A program made the position numbers and the translations under genes. Positions 54,127 to 64,000 of a DNA stretch of 64,000 nucleotides are shown here, piece after piece. The first letter of the stretch is position 1, and each line of letters opens with the position of its first letter. The notes beneath the pieces were generated by a model. The model was not told where the DNA came from. It saw only the letters and a program-made list of their open reading frames with translations, and searched no databases. Origin of the DNA: Eledone cirrhosa (taxonomy: Eukaryota). The stretch is from assembly GCA_964016885.1 (NCBI GenBank), contig OZ024756.1, positions 4,836,001-4,900,000 of the forward strand, given 5' to 3'.

Positions 54127-57100
54127 TTATTGTTCTTCAATATAGCGCTTTCGTCTCACGGGCTCAACAGGAACTTGCGGTAGGATGCTAGTGCTATTTG
54201 CCACGGGATTTAAATCAATCACAGTTTCATCTAAGAGTAGATCGTTACTGTGGTCGATGTTAAGTGGTCTCGACATATCAGCAGGACTGCTAATCAAACT
54301 GTTTTCTTGGATGGATTGATTGTCATTATTTTGACAATTAATTGGGCCAGGGGAGAGGTCTGCTGTTGAGACTGTACTAGATCTTCCATTTTGATATCTG
54401 ACAACCGCGAAATTAGCATTCACCATCTGTTTGATAATAACTTTATTCACTAATGGGTCGTTCTTTGTACGAATAAAGTTTCTAATATAGGTGTCGTTTC
54501 CAACTCTAAGCCAATCTGGTAGGGAAAATCCTAAGGAACCCTTTCGATCGAATCTAAATATGCGGTTATGGGGTGTTTCATTAGTCGCTGTACAGAGAAG
54601 TGATCGTTGCGAGGCAAGAACTTCTGGTATGATATCTTCCCACTTAGTTTCTTTAAGTTTGCGTGAGTTAATTATGCATTGAATTCCTTTCCAGAGGACT
54701 CCGTTGTAGCGCTTGTTTTGGCCATTTCCTTGTGGATGGTACGCCGAAGTGCGCGTGTGGGATATACCATTGGACAAGCAGAAATGATCGAATTCTTTGG
54801 AGAGAAACTGAGTTCCTTGATCGGAGTGTATGAATGAGGGAGCTCCGAATATTGAGAAGATTTGTTTGAGACAGTTAATGACAGTGTTTGAGGTGATGTC
54901 ACGCATACCGAAAGCAAGAGGTAATCTGCTGAATTCGTCTACTGCAGTCAATAAGTATATGTTTCCTGCTTTTGAAGATTTTGGTTTTGGTCCAACGATA
55001 TCGATTGACAGACGTTCGAACGGCCTTGTTGACTTAATGAGTTTAGCAGATGGAGGCTTGAAGAATTTTGGCTTGCACTCCAAACATGATATGCAGTTTT
55101 TGACGACGTTGCAGATTTCGTCTACGGAAAAGGGCAGGTTATGGCGTCGGATATAATCGTAAAATCTAGTTACTCCTGGGTGTGCTAGTTGGTCGTGGAG
55201 TACTTTTAAATCACAGGGTGGCGATATAGCTGCAGCGATTCTTGAAAGACAATCGGCTTGGGTGTTGAGGTAGCCGGGTTTGTAGTCAATGTCAAATTGA
55301 TGCTCTGATAGTTCTAAACGCCAGCGAGATATTTTATCATTTTTGATTCGTGATTTATTACTCGAGAAAATGAAGGCTACTGATTTTTGGTCAGTCCGTA
55401 TAATCGTATGAAAACACTTCACGTATTGCGACCATCTCCGTACAGCTTCAATAATAGCCATAGCTTCTCGCTCCACAGTTGATTGTCTTTTCTCGGACGG
55501 TGTAAGTGTTCTCGACAAGAAGGCCACGGGCCGTTCGTTTTGAGAAAGTATAGCTCTGATTGCATCGCCAGACGCATCTGTTTCTATTACCAATGCGTGG
55601 CCAGTTTTAAGAGGAATGCTAAGAGCGGCATTAAAGATATCTGCTTTCATGGCTTGTATTACATCTGTAGCTACTTTATTCAGCGGGAACGAGTCAGCTT
55701 GTAATAGTGGTTGGATTTTCTTCGAGTAATCGGCAATCCACCTAGCATTATAGGCTAGGAATCCAAGGAATCGTTTCAGTTGTTGTTTGTTTGTTGGGAT
55801 TGGGTAGTTTAGTAGGGTTTTGATGCGTTCCTTATCGGGTTTCTTTACTCCGTTCTGAATGTTATAACCTAGTATAGATATACTCGTTTGGCAGATTTTA
55901 CTCTTATTCGAGTTAAGAGTTAGGTTTTCTGTCTTCACGGCATTTAAGAATGCTTCCACATTTCTATCATGTTCAGCTTTGGTATTTCCCGCGACTATGA
56001 CGTTGTCAATATAGGCACAGGTTTTGATTAAGTTATATTTCTCTATAACTTGATCCATAATTCTCTGAAAAACAGGTACAGCGTTAGTCACGCCGAAGGG
56101 TAAGCGGCAGAATTGGTAGAGTTTGTGATTAACCTGAAATGCCGTTAGAGGTTTGTTGATTTTTCTTAAAGGTACTTGGTGATACGCTGATTTGAGGTCG
56201 AATTCTGAAAAATATTTATCCTGTGCCACTTTGTTAACAACATCCTCAATGTCGGGGGATGGATAGGCATCCAATTGTGTATACTTATTAATTGTCTGGG
56301 AGTAGTCTACCACGAGTCGAGGTTTCTTTCCATGTACTATGAAGCACTGAGCTCGCCAAGGTGAAATTGATTCCTCAATGATACCGGCTTCTAGGAGGCG
56401 AGTTATTTCGGACTTAATAAAATTGTCATCTCTCTTGTTAATGAAATGTCCCTTAGTGGCAATCGGCTTGATATTTGTCTCGGCTAAATTGTGGAAGACA
56501 AGAGGCGGATTAACTTCTATTGTCGGAAAGGTACAGCATAGTTGATTTGAAAATTTCATGGGAGGCCGGGCACCGCCAAGGTGGAGATTAATAAAGCTAT
56601 GCTGGGTGAGGACATCCATTCTGATAATGACGTCTGCGACAAGACTTTTTGCAGTGATTAGGTTCACAGAGTATTCCTCGCTGTAGATACATATTGGTAT
56701 GGATGTAGTACCAGTCGTCATTAATATTTTATTGTCGGCTAGTGTGATTGCCCGTTTTTCTTGTTTTACGCTCAAGTTTAATTCAGTTGCTATGCTATGA
56801 CGTATAAACGAATCTGTGGAATCAGGATCGATTAAGGCCTTTAGTGTGGTGTCTTTTATAGTTATCGGGCAGAGAATAGCTTTAGACTGTTTGCCGGTAT
56901 TTAATGAACATATAAGTGAGGCTGCTTGCTTACTGCTTTGGCAGTCAGATTTACAGACTGATTGCCAGTGGCCGATCTTCCCACAAGAATAGCATATGTC
57001 TTTTCTAGCTGGGCATTTATTTCTAGGATGCCTAGAAAGTCCACAAAAAAAGCATTTAAATTCACTTTGGGAATTAGCATTTTTCAAGTATTTCAGAAGA

Positions 57101-57711
57101 GGTTGTTTTGATTTTGTAGCTGCTACGGTAGGTTCTTGAGAGGATGTAGTTGACAGTGTCGATGAATTCAGAGAGACGTCTAGGTTGAATGATTTAGTAA
57201 AATCACTGGATAGTTCTATTGCATTTGCCATTGCTATGCAGTCTTTTAGGTTTGCTTGAGTATCGTCCAGCTCTAGGAGATGTGCTCATATAGCGTCTGA
57301 TTGGACTCCTGCTACTAGTGAATCCAGGATCAACATATCTCTGTGGTCTTTAACTGCGATGGCTTTACAGTTACATTTTTCCACTAAAAGGTTGAGTCTT
57401 TTAATAAACTCTCGGACGGTTTCTTCTTGCTTTTGGCGGCATGTTAGGAGTTGATGTCTGGCATAGAGTATATGACTGGGGGCTAAGAATTGAGTATCCA
57501 GGGTGATTAGTGATTCGTTGAAGTTTTCTGCAGATTCGAGTAAACTAAATAGGTCGGCCCCAGCTTGTGAACGAAGGTAGGTCAATTTATGGTTGTCCTC
57601 TACTATGCCGTTTATGAGTAGGGAATCCACAAAACACTTCCGCCACCATCGCCATTGCTCGGATGTGGGGTCATTTGGGAATGTTGGATGTGGAATTTTT
57701 AATTGAGCCAT
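54127..57711 (-). pseudogene. Single-frame Gag-Pol polyprotein with one nonsense codon
   Basis: ORFs 57286-57804 and 54127-57231 share a frame, separated by TGA at 57286-57288 (SDAI*AHLL). Zn knuckles CFFCG/CYSCGKIGH; degenerate protease LIDPDS; RT FDLKSAYHQ, LPFG, YIDN; RNase H ETDAS; integrase H-H-C-C, SIDIVGP, HSDQG, GNGQNK. Confidence 0.92.
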
Positions 57712-57823
57712 TGGTATTGAGAATGTAGCAAGCTTTGAAGGTAGAGTAAGGGTGGAAACGAATACCACAAAACGTCTAGTCTCGGAACGAAACAGTTGTA
57801 ACAAATATCATATTGAATAAAAT

Positions 57824-57994
57824 TGTTGTGCGTTCTAATATTGCAAAACTAAAGCTCCAATTCCAAGCTTTTATTCAATATCTAGAATATAAAAACAGTA
57901 ATTAGTCTTGAAGAAATATAACAATAATATTTGTAAGAAAAGAAAGATATGCAATAAAACAAAGTTATATTGAGGATAGATGAGCTTCATAACA
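57824..57994 (-). repeat. 5' LTR
   Basis: Direct repeat of 53944-54113. Confidence 0.95.
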
Positions 57995-58381
57995 GCAGCT
58001 AAAGACATTTCATTAGGTATTTGATGGAGAGTACTGGAGTTACTAGTAGCTAAAGACATTTCATCAGGTATTTGATGGAGTTACTGGAGTTACTAGCAGC
58101 TAGAGACATTTTATCAGGTATTTGATGGAGTTACTAGCAGCTAGAGACCTTTTATTAGGTATTTGATGGAGTTACTAGCAGCTAGAGACATTTTATCAGG
58201 TATTTGATGGAGTTACTAGCAGCTAGAGACCTTTTATTAGGTATTTGATGGCGGGCACTGGAGTTACTAGTAGCTACAGACATTTCATTAGGTATTTGAT
58301 GGAGTTACTAGCAGCTAAAGACATTTCATTAGGTATTTGATGGAGTTACTAGCAGCTAGAGACATTTCATTAGGTATTTGA
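57995..58381. repeat. 41/51-bp minisatellite, right part
   Basis: Same unit as 53141-53943; array split by the Gypsy element. Confidence 0.95.
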
Positions 58382-58888
58382 GTACAATCTAGTTCAATGG
58401 CAACTCTCAGTTCAGCAATTGTTGTTGGTTTTGTAGCATATACTTTATCTTTTAAGTATCCCCATAAGAATAAGTCTCAAGGGGTGAAGTCTGGTGAATG
58501 AGGAGGCTATTCTACAAAACCTCTTCTTCCAATCCACCTGTGTGACAAGATCTTATTAAGGTAGGATCGTACATCATGATGGTAGTGTGGTGGTGCTCCA
58601 TCTTGCTGAAAATAAAATTTCTCATCTTCTAAGACATCTCTAATGCTTTACATGACAAGTAAACGAGACCCGTCACTGTAGCATCACAAAAGAATGGTTC
58701 AATTAATCCTCTTGATATAATGCCACACCACAAGTATCCTGGTAAATTAACTTCCTGGTCCCCAGTATTTGCAGTTGTGACAGTTAATTAAGCCATTTAA
58801 TTTAAATGTGGCCTCATCACTCCACCCAACTTATGTTGAAAGCGTGTATCTTCTAAGTATTTTGCCAAGTAGCATTCACAATACTCCA

Positions 58889-58889
<1 letters not shown>

Positions 58890-58921
<32 letters not shown>

Positions 58922-59840
58922 GTTTAACGTCCATATTCCACGCTTGCATGGGTTTGGACAGGAGTTTACCCACTTGAGGCAAGAGTGGTTGTTTTGCTCG
59001 CATAGGACTGTCTGGCGGGTTTTCTACGGCTGGATGCCCTTCCTAACACCAACCACATTTACAGTGTGGGGCTGGGAGGTTTTTACCGTGTTGCCTACAC
59101 GGCCACATTACAGCGTGGACTGTCTGGCGGGTTTTCTACAGCTGGATGCCCTTCCTAACACCAACCACATTTACAGTGTGGGACTGGGAGGTTTTTACCG
59201 TGTTGCCTACACAGCCACATTACAGCGTGGACTGTCTGGCGGGTTTTCTACAGCTGGATGCCCTTCCTAACACCAACCACGTTTACAGTGTGGGACTGGG
59301 AGGTTTTTACCGTGTTACCTACTCGGCCACATTACAGCGTGGACTGCCTGGCGGGTTTTCTACAGCTGGATGCCCTTCCTAACACCAACCACATTTACAG
59401 TGTGGGACTGGGAGGTTTTTACCGTGTTGCCTACACGGCCACATTACAGCGTGGACTGTCTGGCGGGTTTTCTACAGCTGGATGCCCTTCCTAACACCAA
59501 CCACATTTACAGTGTGGGACTGGGAGGTTTTTACCGTGTTGCCTACACGGCCACATTACAGCGTGGACTGTCTGGCGGGTTTTCTACAGCTGGATGCCCT
59601 TCCTAACACCAACCACATTTACAGTGTGGGACTGGGAGGTTTTTACCGTGTTACCTACACGGCCACATTACAGCGTGGACTGTCTGGCGGGTGCCCTTCC
59701 TAACACCAACCACATTTACAGTGTGGGACTGGGAGGTTTTTACCGTGTTACCTACACGGCCACATTACAGTGTGGACTGTGTGTTTTTTTTTTTGTCGTG
59801 ACACCTACACGACCTCATTTGTTTCGGCTTGGATGTTGTC
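58890..59840 (-). mobile_element. RTE 3'-UTR-derived repeat with a 112-bp unit amplified ~6.5 times (59005-59780)
   Basis: Period of 112 (59146, 59258, 59370, 59482, 59594); (CAT)n tail at 58890-58921; matches 37600-37877. Confidence 0.9.
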
Positions 59841-60083
59841 TAGCTAGATAATCTTAATTGATAGTAGGGACTAATGTAGGGATATAACTTTTCCAATTGC
59901 AGCACCTTAAAATGTGATCGACAAATTTTTTGAGATCCCTGTGTCATGGCGTGCTTGCCACAAAGATTATCTCAGAATTCTGTGAAAACTTTCCATTGTC
60001 CTTTATTGTTTTCTGGGGCTTGGTGATGTCTGAGGTCTTCCAGAACGGTTCATGTGTATATCACGTACAGTTCCATCAGATTC

Positions 60084-63000
60084 AAACTTATTAATGATTC
60101 GAGAGATGGTTAGCTACATAGGTGGGTCTGACAGAAACTTATTAATGATTCGAGAGATGGTTAGCTACATAGGTGGGTCTGACAGAAACTTATTAATGAT
60201 TCGAGAGATGGTTAGCTACATAGGTGGGTCTGACAGAAACTTATTAATGATTCAAGAGATGGTTAGCTACATAGGTGGGTCTGACTGAAACTTATTAATG
60301 ATTCAAGAGATGGTTAGCTACATAGGTGGGTCTGACTGAAACTTAATGATTCAAGAGATGGTTAGCTACATAGGTGGGTCTGATAGAAACTTATTAATGA
60401 TTCAAGAGATGGTTAGCTGTGTAGGTGGGTCTGACAGAAACTTATTAATGATTCAAGAGATGGTTAGCTACATAGGTGGGTCTGACAGAAACTTATTAAT
60501 GATTCGAGAGATGGTTAGCTACATAGATGGGTCTGACAGAAACTTATTAATGATTCAAGAGATGGTTAGCTGTGTAGGTGGGTCTGACAGAAACTCATTA
60601 ATGATTCAAGAGATGGTTAGCTACATAGGTGGGTCTGATAGAAACTTATTAATGATTCAAGAGATGGTTAGCTGTGTAGGTGGGTCTGACAGAACTTATT
60701 AATGATTCAAGAGATGGTTAGCTACATAGGTGGGTCTGACAGAGACTTATTAATGATTCGAGAGATGGTTAGCTACATAGGTGGGTCTGACTGAAACTTA
60801 TTAATGATTCAAGAGATGGTTAACTGTGTAGGTGGGTCTGACAGAAACTTATTAATGATTCAAGAGATGGTTAACTGTGTAGGTGGGTCTGACAGAAACT
60901 TATTAATGATTCAAGAGATGGTTAGCTGTGTAGGTGGGTCTGACTGAAACTTATTAATGATTCGAGAGATGGTTAGCTACATAGGTGGGTCTGACAGAAA
61001 CTTATTAATGATTCAAGAGATGGTCAGCTGTGTAGGTGGGTCTGACAGAAACTTATTAATGATTCAAGAGATGGTTAGCTGTGTAGGTGGGTCTGACAGA
61101 AACTTATTAATGATTCAAGAGATGGTTAACTGTGTAGGTGGGTCTGACAGAAACTTATTAATGATTCAAGAGATGGTTAACTGTGTAGGTGGGTCTGACA
61201 GAAACTTATTAATGATTCAAGAGATGGTTAACTGTGTAGGTGGGTCTGACAGAAACTTATTAATGATTCAAGAGATGGTTAACTGTGTAGGTGGGTCTGA
61301 CTGAAACTTATTAATGATTCAAGAGATGGTTAACTGTGTAGGTGGGTCTGTCTGAAACTTATTAATGATTTGAGAGATGGTTAGCTACATAGGTGGGTCT
61401 GACAGAAACTTATTAATGATTCAAGAGATGGTTAACTGTGTAGGTGGGTCTGTCTGAAACTTATTAATGATTCAAGAGATGGTTAACTGTGTAGGTGGGT
61501 CTGACTGAAACTTATTAATGATTCAAGAGATGGTTAACTGTGTAGGTGGGTCTGTCTGAAACTTATTAATGATTCGAGAGATGGTTAGCTACATAGGTGG
61601 GTCTGGCAGAAACTTATTAATGATTCAAGAGATGGTTAACTGTGTAGGTGGGTCTGTCTGAAACTTATTAAGGATTCGAGAGATGGTTAGCTGTGTAGGT
61701 GGGTCTGACAGAAACTTATTAATGATTCAAGAGATGGTTAACTGTGTAGGTGGGTCTGTCTGAAACTTATTAATGATTTGAGAGATGGTTAGCTGTGTAG
61801 GTGGGTCTGACAGAAACTTATTAATGATTCAAGAGATGGTTAACTGTGTAGGTGGGTCTGTCTGAAACTTATTAATGATTCGAGAGATGGTTAGCTGTGT
61901 AGGTGGGTCTGACAGAAACTTATTAATGATTCAAGAGATGGTTAACTGTGTAGGTGGGTCTGACTGAAACTTATTAATGATTCAAGAGATGGTTAACTGT
62001 GTAGGTGGGTCTGACTGAAACTTATTAATGATTCGAGAGATGGTTAGCTACATAGGTGGGTCTGACAGAAACTTATTAATGATTCAAGAGATGGTTAACT
62101 GTGTAGGTGGGTCTGTCTGAAACTTATTAATGATTCGAGAGATGGTTAGCTGTGTAGGTGGGTCTGACAGAAACTTATTAATGATTCAAGAGATGGTTAG
62201 CTGTGTAGGTGGGTCTGACAGAAACTTATTAATGATTCGAGAGATGGTTAGCTGTGTAGGTGGGTCTGACAGAAAATTATTAATGATTCAAGAGATGGTT
62301 AGCTGTGTAGGTGGGTCTGACAGAAACTTATTAATGATTCGAGAGATGGTTAGCTGTGTAGAGGGGTCTGACAGAAAATTATTAATGATTCAAGAGATGG
62401 TTAGCTGTGTAGGTGGGTCTGACAGAAACTTATTAATGATTCGAGAGATGGTTAGCTGTGTAGGTGGGTCTGACAGAAAATTATTAATGATTCAAGAGAT
62501 GGTTAGCTACATAGGTGGGTCTGACAGAAACTTATTAATGATTCGAGAGATGGTTAGCTGTGTAGGTAGGTCTGACAGAAACTTATTAATGATTCGAGAG
62601 ATGGTTAGCTACATAGTTGGGTCTGTCTGAAACTTATTAATGATTCGAGAGATGGTTAGCTGTGTAGGTGGGTCTGACAGAAACTTATTAATGATTCAAG
62701 AGATGGTTAGCTACACAGGTGGGTCTGACTGAAACTTAATGATTCAAGAGATGGTTAGCTACATAGGTGGGTCTGTCTGAAACTTATTAATGATTCAAGA
62801 GATGGTTAGCTACATAGGTGGGTCTGACAGAAACTTATTAATGATTCAAGAGATGGTTAGCTACACAGGTGGGTCTGACAGAAACTTATTAATGATTCAA
62901 GAGATGGTTAGCTGTGTAGGTGGGTCTGACTGAAACTTATTAATGATTCGAGAGATGGTTAGCTACATAGGTGGGTCTGACAGAAACTTATTAATGATTC

Positions 63001-64000
63001 AAGAGATGGTTAGCTACATAGGTGGGTCTGACTGAAACTTATTAATGATTCGAGAGATGGTTAGCTACATAGGTGGGTCTGACAGAAACTTATTAATGAT
63101 TCGAGAGATGGTTAGCTGTGTAGGTGGGTCTGACAGAAACTTATTAATGATTCGAGAGATGGTTAGCTGTGTAGGTGGGTCTGACAGAAACTTATTAATG
63201 ATTCGAGAGATGGTTAGCTGTGTAGGTGGGTCTGACAGAAACTTATTAATGATTCAAGAGATGGTCAGCTGTGTAGGTGGGTCTGACAGAAACTTATTAA
63301 TGATTCGAGAGATGGTTAGCTACATAGGTGGGTCTGACAGAAACTTATTAATGATTCAAGAGATGGTTAGCTACATAGGTGGGTCTGACTGAAACTTATT
63401 AATGATTCGAGAGATGGTTAGCTACATAGGTGGGTCTGACAGAAACTTATTAATGATTCGAGAGATGGTTAGCTACACAGGTGGGTCTGACAGAAACTTA
63501 TTAATGATTCGAGAGATGGTTAGCTACACAGGTGGGTCTGACTGAAACTTATTAATGATTCGAGAGATGGTTAGCTACATAGGTGGGTCTGACTGAAACT
63601 TATTAATGATTCGAGAGATGGTTAGCTACACAGGTGGGTCTGACAGAAACTTATTAATGATTCGAGAGATGGTTAGCTACACAGGTGGGTCTGACTGAAA
63701 CTTATTAATGATTCGAGAGATGGTTAGCTACATAGGTGGGTCTGACTGAAACTTATTAATGATTCAAGAGATGGTTAGCTACATAGGTGGGTCTGACTGA
63801 AACTTATTAATGATTCGAGAGATGGTTAGCTACACAGGTGGGTCTGACAGAAACTTATTAATGATTCAAGAGATGGTTAGCTGTGTAGGTGGGTCTGACT
63901 GAAACTTATTAATGATTCGAGAGATGGTTAGCTACATAGGTGGGTCTGACAGAAACTTATTAATGATTCAAGAGATGGTTAGCTGTGTAGGTGGGTCTGA
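60084..64000. repeat. 51-bp minisatellite, ~77 copies, runs off the window's right edge
   Basis: Unit GAAACTTATTAATGATTC(G/A)AGAGATGGTTAGCT(ACA/GTG)TAGGTGGGTCTGACA. Confidence 0.97.

Larger units (their letters stand above)
53944..57994 (-). mobile_element. Full-length Ty3/Gypsy LTR retrotransposon (4.05 kb; Mag-like Gag)
   Basis: LTRs 53944-54113 and 57824-57994 (TG...CA, about five differences). 5-bp TSD GTAGC/GCAGC. Domain order Gag-PR-RT-RH-IN. Confidence 0.96.
53080..60130 (-). pseudogene. Tc1/mariner-superfamily transposase pseudogene, fragmented (pieces at ~59840-60130, 58360-58890, 53080-53165)
   Basis: LTISRIINKFESDGTVRDIHMNRSGRP (N-terminal); FQQDGAPPHY..RWIGRRG..PPHSPDFTP*DLFLWGYLKDKVY (catalytic); CQQCLGQKGHQFE (C-terminal). 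Confidence 0.85.

Noticed and set aside
57286-57288. Programmed stop-codon read-through between gag and pol
   Set aside because: The TGA lies mid-Gag before the zinc knuckles, at a position where Arg (CGA) fits. Protease and integrase motifs are also damaged, so a CpG nonsense mutation is more likely.
60052-63392. Plus-strand MIREMVSYIGGSDRNLL repeat ORFs
   Set aside because: Antisense reading of a transposase-derived satellite with scattered stops.

Overview
AT-rich, repeat-dominated eukaryotic DNA. It is most likely from an octopus/coleoid cephalopod, inferred from the SINE types, RTE LINEs and dense (TA)n tracts. One host gene is recognisable: FANCL (+ strand, two coding exons, 40974-41222 and 48543-49400, ~368 aa). 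The rest is mobile DNA: the 3' part of a Tx1/L1-type LINE, several Penelope-like (GIY-YIG) fragments, CRE-like and RTE LINE fragments, tRNA-derived SINEs, piggyBac-type MITEs, a non-autonomous Helitron, a full-length 4.05-kb Ty3/Gypsy element, a shattered Tc1/mariner transposase, and seven minisatellite arrays (units of 32, 67, 57, 62, 41, 112 and 51 bp). Main observations: (1) many minimal type-I hammerhead ribozyme (HHR) motifs from roughly ten sequence families, mostly inside 75-700 bp fold-back palindromes in or beside (TA)n tracts, including a non-coding, circularly permuted ~0.5-kb retrozyme-like unit; (2) a Gypsy element with no tRNA PBS but a 13-nt PBS complementary to its own LTR, suggesting Tf1-like self-priming; (3) one mariner transposase ORF that gave rise to two different satellites; (4) an intron-poor FANCL with Cys at the conserved E2-binding RING Trp. 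All calls were made by eye with no searches or folding software, so boundaries of degenerate repeats are approximate.
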